Shown in pieces: positions 7,581-16,660 of a stretch of 20,000 nucleotides of DNA (positions are counted from its first letter, which is position 1; each line of letters starts with the position of its first letter). The position numbers were made by a program, and so were the translations under genes. Under the pieces are notes generated by a model. The model was not told the origin of the DNA. It was given only the letters and a program-made list of their open reading frames with translations, and did no database searches. Location of the stretch: contig CAZNUA010000013.1 in the NCBI GenBank assembly GCA_964576115.1, positions 52,258 through 72,257 of the forward strand, in the 5' to 3' direction. The DNA comes from an uncultured Gemmatimonadota bacterium. GTDB taxonomy: Bacteria > Blakebacterota > Blakebacteria > Blakebacterales > Blakebacteraceae.

Positions 7581-9092
7581 ATTCAGATCGGATTCGACAA
7601 CGACAGATATCTCAGCGAGCAGAGTGCCGCCATCCGCGAGCGGGCCGCGGGATTCGAGAACAAGCTCTATCTCGAATTCGGCGGCAAACTGATCTACGAC
7701 TTCCATGCCGCCCGGGTTCTCCCCGGCTTCGAGCCCACGGTGAAGATGCAGCTTCTCAACCGGCTCAAGGATCAGGTCGAGGTCCTGCTCTGCATCTATG
7801 CCGGTGACATCGAGCGCAAGAAACTCCGGGCCGATTTCGGGGTGACGTACGATCTGGACGCCATGCGTCTGATCGATGAGCTCCGCGAGTGGGAGGTCAT
7901 GGTCCGAGCGGTGGTCGTGACCCGCTTCGACGGTCAGCCGGCGGCCCAACAGTTCATGAACCGGCTCGAACGGCGCGGCATGAGGGTATATGTCCATGCG
8001 GCCACCGAAGGGTATCCGACCGATGTGGACACGATCGTCAGCGAGCGGGGGTACGGCGCCAACGAGTACATCGAGACCGAACGGCCGATCGTGGTCGTCA
8101 CCGCACCCGGGCCGGGCAGCGGCAAACTGGCTACCTGCCTCTCCCAGCTCTACCACGATCACCTGCGGGGGATCCGGTCGGGGTACGCGAAATTCGAGAC
8201 TTTCCCGATCTGGAATCTGCCTCTCAAACACCCGGTCAATATCGCCTACGAGGCCGCCACCGCCGATCTGGGCGATTTCAATCAGGTCGATCCCTTCCAC
8301 CTCGAAACCTACGGGCAGACGGCGATCAACTACAACCGGGATGTCGAGGTCTTTCCGGTTCTCAAGCGGATTCTGGAGAAGATCACCGGCGAACGGTCCC
8401 TCTATGCCTCTCCGACCGACATGGGCGTGAACCGGGCCGGCTTCGCGATTTCCGACGACAGTGTCGTCCAGGCCGCCGCCGTTCAGGAAATCATCCGCCG
8501 GTACTTCCGGGCCGGGTGCGAGTACGCCATGGGCATCGCCGAGGCCGAGACGGTCCAGCGGGTCGAACTGCTGATGAAGGAGGTCGGGGTCGAGCCCCGC
8601 GACCGACCGGTGGTCGTCCCCGCCCGCCGGGCCGCCGAGGAGGGCGAGCAGCAGGAGAGGGGCAGCGAAGGGGTGTATGTCGGAGCGGCACTGGCTCTGC
8701 CCGACGGCACCATCGTGACCGGCAAGAACTCCCCCCTGATGCACGCCGCCTCGGCCCTGATCCTGAACGCCATCAAGCAGCTGGCCGGGCTGCCCGACAG
8801 CCTGCCCCTGCTGCCCGAGAACGTCATCGCCTCGATCGAACGGCTCAAGTCCGACGCCTTGAACTCAGAGCGTCTCAGTCTCGACCTCGACGAAACCCTC
8901 ATTGCCCTGAGTATCAGCGCCACCACCAATCCCGCCGCCGAGGTCGCCATGGACAAACTGGGCGAACTGCGGGGCTGCGACATGCATCTGACTCATATGC
9001 CGACCCCGGGTGACGAGGCCGGTCTGCGCCAGCTCGGTATCAACCTGACCAGCGACCCCGGCTTCGCTAGCAAGAGTCTGCTGATATCCTGA
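7581..9092 (+). CDS. DUF1846 domain-containing protein (UPF0371-like, P-loop)
   Basis: The conserved N-terminus (I)QIGFDNDRYLSEQ...KLYLEFGGKLIYDFHAARVLPGF lies in frame upstream of the tracked GTG 7740. Also VVVTAPGPGSGKLATCLSQLYH, GYAKFETFPIWNLPLKHPVNIAYEAATADL, NYNRDVE and YASPTDMGVN. Start placed at ATT 7581 after GAGGAG. Confidence 0.88.
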   Translation: MQIGFDNDRYLSEQSAAIRERAAGFENKLYLEFGGKLIYDFHAARVLPGFEPTVKMQLLNRLKDQVEVLLCIYAGDIERKKLRADFGVTYDLDAMRLIDELREWEVMVRAVVVTRFDGQPAAQQFMNRLERRGMRVYVHAATEGYPTDVDTIVSERGYGANEYIETERPIVVVTAPGPGSGKLATCLSQLYHDHLRGIRSGYAKFETFPIWNLPLKHPVNIAYEAATADLGDFNQVDPFHLETYGQTAINYNRDVEVFPVLKRILEKITGERSLYASPTDMGVNRAGFAISDDSVVQAAAVQEIIRRYFRAGCEYAMGIAEAETVQRVELLMKEVGVEPRDRPVVVPARRAAEEGEQQERGSEGVYVGAALALPDGTIVTGKNSPLMHAASALILNAIKQLAGLPDSLPLLPENVIASIERLKSDALNSERLSLDLDETLIALSISATTNPAAEVAMDKLGELRGCDMHLTHMPTPGDEAGLRQLGINLTSDPGFASKSLLIS

Positions 9093-9097
9093 CCGGG

Positions 9098-10024
9098 ATG
9101 GGAAGAGTGAGGAATACATCTCTGGCAATCACCGGTCTGCTCCTGATGTGTACGGTTCTGACCGCCTGTCAGGGAGAAGGGGCCATGGAGGAAATCGCCC
9201 GGAACATACCCACCGAAGTCGGAGGCTGGACGGCCGCCGGATCCGATCGGACCTATGACCGGGAGACCCTGTTCGATTACATGAACGGCGGGGCGGAGAT
9301 CTACCTGGCTTTTGATTTCCGCGGCGTGTTGACCAGACGCTATCACGCTGAGGACGCCGGAGATCCGGCCCTGACCGATGAGATCGTCCTCGATATCTAC
9401 GATATGGGCTCCTCGGCCGAAGCCTTCGGGGTTTTCAGCTGCGATGTCGAAGACGAACCGGCCGGGATCGGTCAGGGTTCGGAGTACGGGTACGGACTGC
9501 TCCGCTTCTGGCAGGGAAGGTTCTTTGTTTCGATACTCACCTCGGGTAGTCTCGAAACCGCCGAAGCGGCCATCCTGGAACTGGGACGGACCGTTGCGGA
9601 CGTCCTCGGCCCGACCGGTCCGGAACCGGAGCTGCTCGCTCTGCTGCCCTCCGTCGGCCGGCTCGACAACCGGACCGGCTACTTCCACGGCAATGTCACG
9701 CTGAACGTCCGCTTTTTCATCGCCAGCGATAACATTCTCGGTCTGGACCGTGATACAGATTGCGCCATCGCCGAGTACGAGCGTGGCGAAACCGGGAAAG
9801 TCACGCTTCTGATCGTCCGCTATCCGGATCCCGACCGGGCCGCGGCGGCGGAGAGCACGTTCCGGACAATATACCTCTCGGCGGCCGGTGAATCGGGCGA
9901 GGAACAGATGGACGACGGTGGCTGGACCCGGGTGATGAGAGAGGAGACCGTTCTCGCCCTGGTCTTTGATGCTCCGACGGTAGAAATCGCCCGGGAGCTG
10001 CAGGCAGAAATCCGCTTCCCCTGA
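9098..10024 (+). CDS. Putative lipoprotein, DUF6599-like family
   Basis: Lipobox LTAC after a hydrophobic stretch; motifs YDRETLFDYMNGGAEIYL, LDIYDMGSSAEAFGVFS and LRFWQGRFFVSI. Confidence 0.65.
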   Translation: MGRVRNTSLAITGLLLMCTVLTACQGEGAMEEIARNIPTEVGGWTAAGSDRTYDRETLFDYMNGGAEIYLAFDFRGVLTRRYHAEDAGDPALTDEIVLDIYDMGSSAEAFGVFSCDVEDEPAGIGQGSEYGYGLLRFWQGRFFVSILTSGSLETAEAAILELGRTVADVLGPTGPEPELLALLPSVGRLDNRTGYFHGNVTLNVRFFIASDNILGLDRDTDCAIAEYERGETGKVTLLIVRYPDPDRAAAAESTFRTIYLSAAGESGEEQMDDGGWTRVMREETVLALVFDAPTVEIARELQAEIRFP

Positions 10025-10067
10025 CAGGGGAAGCGGAATGCAACCCTCGCAACGGGGAGAGCCGCTG

Positions 10068-10961
10068 ATGACTCGCCTGATCGTTCGTCGAGATTTTTTG
10101 AAAGAGAGCACCTGCGCCGCACTCGGCACCGCGGTGGGATTGAGCCCGCGTACGGAATCGCGGAACCAGGCTGGAGACACAACCGCCCGGGTGGTTCTGA
10201 TCAGGCACCCCGAGGCGGTCGTGGCCGGCTCGAATTTCAACGCTCCGGTCATCCGGCAGATGCTCGACGAGGCGGTCGCCGCTCTGCTCGGGGCTCCAGA
10301 CGGCGCCGCCGCTTTCGGCGCTCTGATCAAGCCTGGCGAGGTGGTGGGGATCAAGACCAACGTCTGGTCGTATCTACCCACCCCGGCCGAGGTTGAGGAG
10401 GCGTTGCGCGAGCGGGTGCTGGGCGCCGGTGTGGCCGAGGACGATCTCGCCATCGACGATCACACCTGCCGGACCAATCCCGTCTTCAAGCGGGCCACGG
10501 CCCTGATCAACGTGCGTCCGATCCGGACCCACTACCTGGCCGGTATGAGCGGCTGTATCAAGAACTACATCATGTTTGCCGCTTCGCAGCCGGCTTTGCA
10601 TCCCGACAGCTGTGCCGATCTCGGTTCGACCTTCAACCTGCCGATCGTTCGGGGGAAGACCCGGCTCAATATCCTCTGCTGTCTCACCCCGCAGTTTCAT
10701 GGACGGGGGCCGCACCATTTCAGCCGCCGCTACGTCTGGGACTACCGGGGTATTCTGGTCGGGCGGGATCCGGTGGCGGTGGATACGATCGGTCTGGAAC
10801 TGATCAAGGCCAAGCGTCGGGAAGTGCTGGGTCCCGGACAGGAACTGCCACCGGTGCCCAAGCATATCCAGCTGGCCGATACCCGGCACGGGATCGGCAC
10901 GAGCGATCTGAACCGCATCGAACTCATCCGACTGGGCTGGGAAGAGGGTATTCTGATCTGA
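10068..10961 (+). CDS. DUF362 domain-containing protein with twin-arginine (Tat) signal
   Basis: RRDFLK Tat motif, IKPGEVVGIKTN, ALINVRPIRTHYLAGMSGCIKN, RDPVAVDTIG and HGIGTSDL. ATG 10068 follows GGGGAG at 10054-10059; 10038 is an alternative start. Confidence 0.8.
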   Translation: MTRLIVRRDFLKESTCAALGTAVGLSPRTESRNQAGDTTARVVLIRHPEAVVAGSNFNAPVIRQMLDEAVAALLGAPDGAAAFGALIKPGEVVGIKTNVWSYLPTPAEVEEALRERVLGAGVAEDDLAIDDHTCRTNPVFKRATALINVRPIRTHYLAGMSGCIKNYIMFAASQPALHPDSCADLGSTFNLPIVRGKTRLNILCCLTPQFHGRGPHHFSRRYVWDYRGILVGRDPVAVDTIGLELIKAKRREVLGPGQELPPVPKHIQLADTRHGIGTSDLNRIELIRLGWEEGILI

Positions 10962-11014
10962 GCGGCCCGGCCTCCGGATAATTGCAGGGCAGGCTTGCTG
11001 CCGGGAGAGGTGAT

Positions 11015-12594
11015 ATGAAGAACCACAGTCGGTTCAAGACCGCCGCCGGCTGTCTGATGGTCGTTCTGCTGACTCTGGGGTCGGTGCCGACCGTCATGAA
11101 CGCCCAGACTCCATCCGCTCTGACCTATGAGAGTTCCCTGCTCTGGTCGAAGGCCTACGATATCGCCCTGACCGGTGATCTGGCCTGCTGCGCCTTCCTC
11201 AACGGGCTGGTGATCCTCGATATCAGCGATCGATCCGATCCGGTTCTGCTCTCCCGGCTCTATCTGGGCGGAGGAAACGCCGTCGCCGTCGAGGGTTCGT
11301 ACGCCTATCTCGCGGCCGGACGGGAGGGCCTGCAGATCGTGGACATCTCNNNNNNNNNNNNNNNNNNNNNNNNNNNNNNNNNNNNNNNNNNNNNNNNNNN
11401 NNNNNNNNNNNNNNNNNNNNNNNNNNNNNNNNNNNNNNNNNNNNNNNNNATCCGACGGCACCGACAGCGGTGGCGACACTGACCACCTCGGGCTATGCCC
11501 ACGGGATCGCAGCAGCCGGCGACCGGGCGTATGTCGGCGGCCTCTATGACGGCGGGATTCAGCTGGTGGACATCGGCGATCCGGCGGCACCGGTCGAAAT
11601 CTCGGTCACGAAGTACACCATGTACAACGAGGCCTGGGAGGTGGCGGTCGATGAAACCGATGTCTTCGTGGTGGACTATTTCGCCGGGGTCTTCATCCTC
11701 GAGCGGGGCGATCCGGTCCGGCTGCGGACGAGGGGACACTACTTCACTCCCGGATCGATCATCGCGGCCGAAGCGATCGGCGACACGATCTGCGCGGTGG
11801 GCGATCTCTCCGGTCTGCAGGTGATCGATCTCGGTACTTCCGACGCACCACGGATCGTCGCTTCGACCGACATCTTCCGCGGCGTGCACGGGCTGACCGT
11901 TGCAGCCGGGGCGGCCTTCGTCACCGATCGCTGGGGTCTGCAGGTCTACGATCTCTCCGCCTTGCCCCGGATCCGGCAGACCACGCGGCTGCCGATCCCC
12001 GGTGTGGCCCGCCGGCCGGTGGCACGAGGAAATTATGTTTACCTCACCGCCGACCTTTCCGGTTTCCACGTCGTGGATGTGTCCGAAGTCAACGCACCTG
12101 AACTGATTGCCTCTTATGAGATGACCGGCTTCGCCTACGGTCTGGCGATTGCGGGTGAGCTGGCCTATCTGGCCAACAGCGACACCGGCCTGCACATCCT
12201 CTCGATCGCCGATCCGGCCGCCCCGCACGAACTCGGCTCACTGCCGACGCCGGGTCTGGCAACCGGTGTGGCCGTCAGCGGCGATCTGGTGGGTGTGGCT
12301 GACGGCGAGGCCGGCCTGCAGCTGGTGGATGCGAGCCATCCCAGCGCGCCGCTTCTGATCGGTTCCTGCCCGATCGATGGCTTCGCGACCGATCTCGTCA
12401 TCAGCGGCACGCTCGCCTGTGTGGCCGATGAATCCTTCGGGCTGCGTCTGATCGACATCAGCGATCCCCGCACTCCCGCTCACCTGGCGTCATGGCGCAC
12501 CCCGGGAGAAACGGCTCAGGTGGCTTTCGGATCGGAGTGCCTGCTGGTGTCGGACGCCTTCTCGCTTATCGTTCTGAGCCTGAAAGGGCGATGA
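11015..12594 (+). CDS. Secreted LVIVD-repeat (beta-propeller) protein, spanning an assembly gap
   Basis: Signal peptide then repeated units (GLVILDISD, YAYLAAGREGLQIVDIS, GIQLVDIGDP, GLQVIDL, GFHVVDVS, GLHILSIADP, GLQLVDASHP, GLRLIDISDP). The two tracked ORFs join logically across the N-run as ...LQIVDIS|DPTAPTAVATL.... Confidence 0.8.
11350..11449. other. Scaffold gap (100 N placeholder)
   Basis: Exactly 100 N bases, a conventional unknown-length gap. Confidence 0.97.
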
Positions 12595-12607
12595 AGAAGC
12601 ACCCGAC

Positions 12608-13540
12608 TCAATCCCGTCGCAGTTTCCGCAGGGCCTTGCGGGCGAAGGGGTGATGGGGATCGAGTCTCAGGGCGGTCTCATACGAATCTCGGGCGGCCTC
12701 GATATCGCCCCGGTGCTCACTAATCATCCCCAGACGCCAGTGCGCGTCGGCGGCCGAGGGAAGATCGTCACTTTCCATGGCGTCGTCGAGATGGTCGAGA
12801 AAGTAGTCCAGATAGTCAGTGCCCCGTTCAAGGTTGCGACCTGAGACAGCCGCCGTACGACCCAGCTGGTAGTACGCGAAGAGATCGGACGGTGCCTCGG
12901 CGATGATCTCTTCGTACAGTCGGAAGGCGTCTTCCCAGAGTTCCCGGGCATGGTGGATCCGACCGATTGCGACCCGGATCCGGATCTCACCCGGATGATC
13001 GGTCAGGTACCGCCGGCATTCGGCCAGTGCCTCATCGTACTCCTCGTCCTCGATCCGGATCTCAACCAGGGCAAGGGTGCCCGCCAGAGGATTGATCCCT
13101 TGCAGCTGTTCGATCAGCTCGAAGGCGCGCTCCTTGTCTCCCCCCATCAAACCGGGCAGAAAGTAGTAGAAATCGATCAGCGCCCGGCGTTCTTCGATCG
13201 AAGCGGGATCGAGTTCTATGATCGTTTCGAATTCCCGCATCATCTTCCGGGCGATGCTCATCGCCCTGACCGGTCCGACCTCCTGTCCGTAGAGGTTGTA
13301 GGCTTCGACCAGCCGGCGGTGGCCTTCGACGTCGCCGGGGTTCTCCTCGATCGCCTCTTCCAACCACTGGATGGCCTCTCTGTATTCCCCGGCCTCGTGA
13401 CAGGCGATTCCTCTGGCCAGGGCCGTCTGTCCAGAGAGAGAACTCAGGGGGAGCGCGAGCAGGAGCAGGCTCACAGACAATCGGCGGCCGAGGCCGAGTC
13501 GGCTGAGCGGGGCGCGACAGGGATCGTCGTGGAGATTCAT
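12608..13540 (-). CDS. Tetratricopeptide repeat protein with probable signal peptide
   Basis: TPR-like units (EYREAIQWLEEAIEENPGD, AYYQLGR, AHWRLGMISEHRGDIEAARDSYETALRLDPHH), motif PGLMGGDKERA and a hydrophobic N-terminal stretch. Its GGAGG RBS overlaps the ADOP-2 stop codon. Confidence 0.85.
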   Translation of the reverse strand: MNLHDDPCRAPLSRLGLGRRLSVSLLLLALPLSSLSGQTALARGIACHEAGEYREAIQWLEEAIEENPGDVEGHRRLVEAYNLYGQEVGPVRAMSIARKMMREFETIIELDPASIEERRALIDFYYFLPGLMGGDKERAFELIEQLQGINPLAGTLALVEIRIEDEEYDEALAECRRYLTDHPGEIRIRVAIGRIHHARELWEDAFRLYEEIIAEAPSDLFAYYQLGRTAAVSGRNLERGTDYLDYFLDHLDDAMESDDLPSAADAHWRLGMISEHRGDIEAARDSYETALRLDPHHPFARKALRKLRRD

Positions 13541-13551
13541 TTGATGACCTC

Positions 13552-16236
13552 CTAATCCTGGTGCAGGGCGTCGACCGGGTTGACCGCCGCCGCAGCGCGG
13601 GCCGGCCGCCAGGTCGCGACCAGGGTGACGGCCAGGAAGAGAACCGCCACCAGGGTGTAGGTGACCGGGTCGACCGGCACGATTCCGATCAGCATCGAGG
13701 TCAGGGCGCCCGAAGCGAGCCAGGCCAATCCCAGCCCGATGACGGTGCCGATCACGACCAGTTTCAGACCGTCGCCGATGATGAGGCGTATGACCTGGAC
13801 GCGTTGAGCTCCCAGAGACATCCGGATACCCACCTCCCGCACCCGGCGGGAGACGTCGTAGGCGATCACCCCGTAGAGACCGGTCGCGCCGAGGATGAGC
13901 GAGAAAAGCCCCAGGCCGCTCAGCAGGGCGGCCAGCAGGCGGGGCATGAAGATCATCAGTTCCATGTGCCGGGCGACCGTGGTGAGATCGAGCAGGGGGA
14001 TATGGCGGTCGACCGAACGGATCGCCTCGCGTACCGGGCCGAGAAGCTCCAGGCCATCGCGAGCGGCCCGAACGACGAGAAAGCAGATGTACTGATCCTC
14101 GCTCCGTTCGGGGAAATAGATATAGGGGCGCGGCTGCTCTCCCAGGCTCCGGTACTTGCCGTTTCCGGTGATGCCGACGATCCGTCGGGGCTCTTCACCG
14201 GGATCGCCCACTCGAACGAACTGCCCCAGAGCGTCGCCCGCCGGCCAGTACTCGCTGGCAAAGGCTTCATTCACGATCACGACCGGCTCGCCCTCGCCCT
14301 GATCGATGGGGGTGAAGGACCGTCCCGCCCTGATCGGAATCCCCATGGTTCTGAAATAACCGGCCGTGACGCGCGAGAAGTCGGTGCTCACCCCCTCGGC
14401 CGCAGCCTCGGTGGCCAGGCCCCGGGGGTAGATGGTAGTCGTCGAGATGCCGTAGCCCAGCGGCATCCGGTCGGTCACGGCGGCCGCTTCAACCCCGGGC
14501 AGGTTCGAGACACGGTTAATCAGACGTTCGAAGAAGGCATGACTTTCCGTGCCCGAGAGCCCGCTCTCATGCAGGATGAAGGTTGCCACCACCCCCTGGC
14601 GCAGATCGAAACCGGTATCGACCCGGCTGGCCCGCGAGAGTGAACGCAGGAAGAGCCCCGCAGACACCATCAACAGGGCTGACACCGCCACCTGGGCCAC
14701 GACCAGCGCACTGCGCAGGCCCACCCGGCGAAGGCGGCGGATGGTGAGGCCGTATTCGTCGCGCAGGGCCTGCATGAGTTCGGGGCGGGTCGTCTGCAGG
14801 GCCGGCAGGAGACCGAAAATGACACCGGTTACCAGCGAAAGGACGAGGCTGAAACACAGCACCCGGAGGTCCAGGCCGATATCGAGGCTGATGTGGATCG
14901 GGACCGGCGGCTGGACCGCGAGCAGGAGCTGGAGCAAACCATGAGCGAGAACCACCCCCGCGGCTCCTCCCAGAAGAGCCAGAAGAATGCTCTCGGTGAG
15001 CAACTGCCGAATGAGTCGGAACCGCCCCGCTCCCATCGCCAGCCGGATGCCGATCTCCCGGCGGCGTGCCAGCGCCCGGGCCAGCAGGAGGCTGGCCAGA
15101 TTGGTGCAGGCGACCAGGAGGACCAGTCCGACCATGGCCATCAGGAAGAGTGTGAAACCGGTGATCAGGCCGTCGAGTTCGGGATGCAGAGTAATGGTGT
15201 TCGATGGCACCAGAACGAGTTCTGCGTCGCTGTGGATCTCGGGCCAGGTCTCGGTCAGACGTGTGTTGAGGGCCGCCAGCGCACCGCGGGCCTGCTCGAG
15301 GGTCGTCCCCGCCCGCAGACGGGCCTTGATGAAGCTGGAGCGTTCGCCCCGGTAGGTGAGTTCGGTCGAGCGTGGATTGATGAGCGGGCGCAGGGTGATC
15401 GGGTACCAGATCTGGGCCTCCATGGGAAAGAGGCCGGTGAATTCGGGAGGCGCGATACCGATGACGGTGAAGTCGGTCCCCGTAAGCGTAATCGTCCGGC
15501 CGATGACTCCCGGATCCCGTCCGAAGTGACTCTCCCACAGCTGGTGGCTGATGACCACCGTCGGGGCGGCCCCGACCAGGCCGTCGGTAGCGGGATCGAA
15601 AATTCGACCGAAGACCGGTTTGATACCTATGGCCTCGAAGTAGTTGGCGCTCACCACCTCGCCGAAGAGGTACTCGTTGCCCTCGGCCCGTTCGAGGATC
15701 GGCATGGTGGTGTTGTAGATGATCACGTCCTCGAAGACATCGGTCAGCTGCTCGCGCACATCGAGATAGTCGGCGTAGGAGGAGAGACCGTGCTCGAGGA
15801 AGTCCGTATCTGTCTCCCGGGTGTAGACCTCCACGAAGCGATCGACGTCCTCGATCGGCGAACGCCCCAGCAGGATGCCGCTGTAAATGCTGAAGATGGC
15901 GGTGTTGGCTCCGATTCCCAGAGCCAGACTCAGAATGGCGATCAGGGCGAAACCTGGGCGGGCGCGCAGGGTCCGCAGGGCATAGCGGAGGTCCTGGCCG
16001 AAGGTGTCCAGCCCGGTTCCCAACCGGATCTCGCGGACTTTTTCCTTGACCTGTTCCACCCCGCCGAGTTCGAGCCGGGCTGCCCGCTCGGCTTCGGCCC
16101 GGGTCATTCCCCGGGCCATGTTCTTCTCGATCAGCGAATCCAGAAAATGCTTCAGTTCGTCGTCCAGCTCGACGGCCAGCTCTTCTTTGCCGAAGAGCGT
16201 TCGCAGGGTGCTCCTGAAACGGGCGTGCAACGACAT
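13552..16236 (-). CDS. ADOP-family duplicated ABC permease (second copy)
   Basis: ELDDELKHFLDSLIEKNMARGMTRAEAERAARLELGGVEQVKEKVRE prefix, QDLRYALRTL, LALGIGANTAIFS, LLVACTNLASLLL, REIGIRLAMGAGR, REVGIRMSLGA and PARAAAAVNPVDALHQD. Start moved to ATG 16236 (MSLHARF), since the tracked 16455 start overlaps PadR. Confidence 0.92.
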   Translation of the reverse strand: MSLHARFRSTLRTLFGKEELAVELDDELKHFLDSLIEKNMARGMTRAEAERAARLELGGVEQVKEKVREIRLGTGLDTFGQDLRYALRTLRARPGFALIAILSLALGIGANTAIFSIYSGILLGRSPIEDVDRFVEVYTRETDTDFLEHGLSSYADYLDVREQLTDVFEDVIIYNTTMPILERAEGNEYLFGEVVSANYFEAIGIKPVFGRIFDPATDGLVGAAPTVVISHQLWESHFGRDPGVIGRTITLTGTDFTVIGIAPPEFTGLFPMEAQIWYPITLRPLINPRSTELTYRGERSSFIKARLRAGTTLEQARGALAALNTRLTETWPEIHSDAELVLVPSNTITLHPELDGLITGFTLFLMAMVGLVLLVACTNLASLLLARALARRREIGIRLAMGAGRFRLIRQLLTESILLALLGGAAGVVLAHGLLQLLLAVQPPVPIHISLDIGLDLRVLCFSLVLSLVTGVIFGLLPALQTTRPELMQALRDEYGLTIRRLRRVGLRSALVVAQVAVSALLMVSAGLFLRSLSRASRVDTGFDLRQGVVATFILHESGLSGTESHAFFERLINRVSNLPGVEAAAVTDRMPLGYGISTTTIYPRGLATEAAAEGVSTDFSRVTAGYFRTMGIPIRAGRSFTPIDQGEGEPVVIVNEAFASEYWPAGDALGQFVRVGDPGEEPRRIVGITGNGKYRSLGEQPRPYIYFPERSEDQYICFLVVRAARDGLELLGPVREAIRSVDRHIPLLDLTTVARHMELMIFMPRLLAALLSGLGLFSLILGATGLYGVIAYDVSRRVREVGIRMSLGAQRVQVIRLIIGDGLKLVVIGTVIGLGLAWLASGALTSMLIGIVPVDPVTYTLVAVLFLAVTLVATWRPARAAAAVNPVDALHQD

Positions 16237-16319
16237 CCGGCATCCTCTTTCTCTTCTTGCTGCTCCGGGATCTGCCGGCCGGTTCCGGGGGCTGTCGTCC
16301 GGGTTCGCCGGAAGCGTTT

Positions 16320-16652
16320 CTACCCGGCTTCCAGTACCCGGGTGACCGCCCCCACCGCCCGCGACCAGTTGTCTTTTTCGACTGCGAGCTGGTTGAGGCC
16401 CTCGTCGGTAATGCGATAGAACTTGGCCCGGCGTTTGTTCTCCGATTCCCCCCATTCCCCCTCGATCCAGCCCTCCTGCTCAAGCCGGTGCAGGGTGGGG
16501 AAGAGAGAGCCAGGCCGGACCTGGAAAGCACCCTCGGTGATCTGCTCGATCCGCTGCATGATCCCGAAGCCGTGCATCGGTTCCAGGGTCACGGTCTTGA
16601 GGATGAGCATGCTGAGGGTACCGCGTAGAAGGTCGGCTTTCTGGTCGGACAC
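16320..16652 (-). CDS. PadR family transcriptional regulator (acidobacterial ADOP-associated type)
   Basis: DLLRGTLSMLILKT, HGFGIMQRIEQ, FQVRPGSLFPTLHRLEQEGWI, SENKRRAKFYRIT. GTG start with a GGAGG RBS at 16657-16661. Confidence 0.93.
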   Translation of the reverse strand: MSDQKADLLRGTLSMLILKTVTLEPMHGFGIMQRIEQITEGAFQVRPGSLFPTLHRLEQEGWIEGEWGESENKRRAKFYRITDEGLNQLAVEKDNWSRAVGAVTRVLEAG

Positions 16653-16660
16653 GAGGCCTC

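Noticed and set aside
10982-12594. LVIVD gene as a frameshifted pseudogene or two separate genes
   Set aside because: The frame change coincides with an arbitrary-length 100-N gap and the flanks join in repeat register.
16262-16292. GC-rich hairpin between PadR-2 and ADOP-2 as an attenuator
   Set aside because: It depends on several G-T pairs that form only on the non-coding strand and has no U-tract, so it is likely a chance feature of high-GC sequence.
16237-16455. 73-aa N-terminal extension of ADOP-2 given in the ORF track
   Set aside because: It overlaps PadR-2 in another frame and is low-complexity; ATG 16236 has an RBS and matches the family N-terminus.
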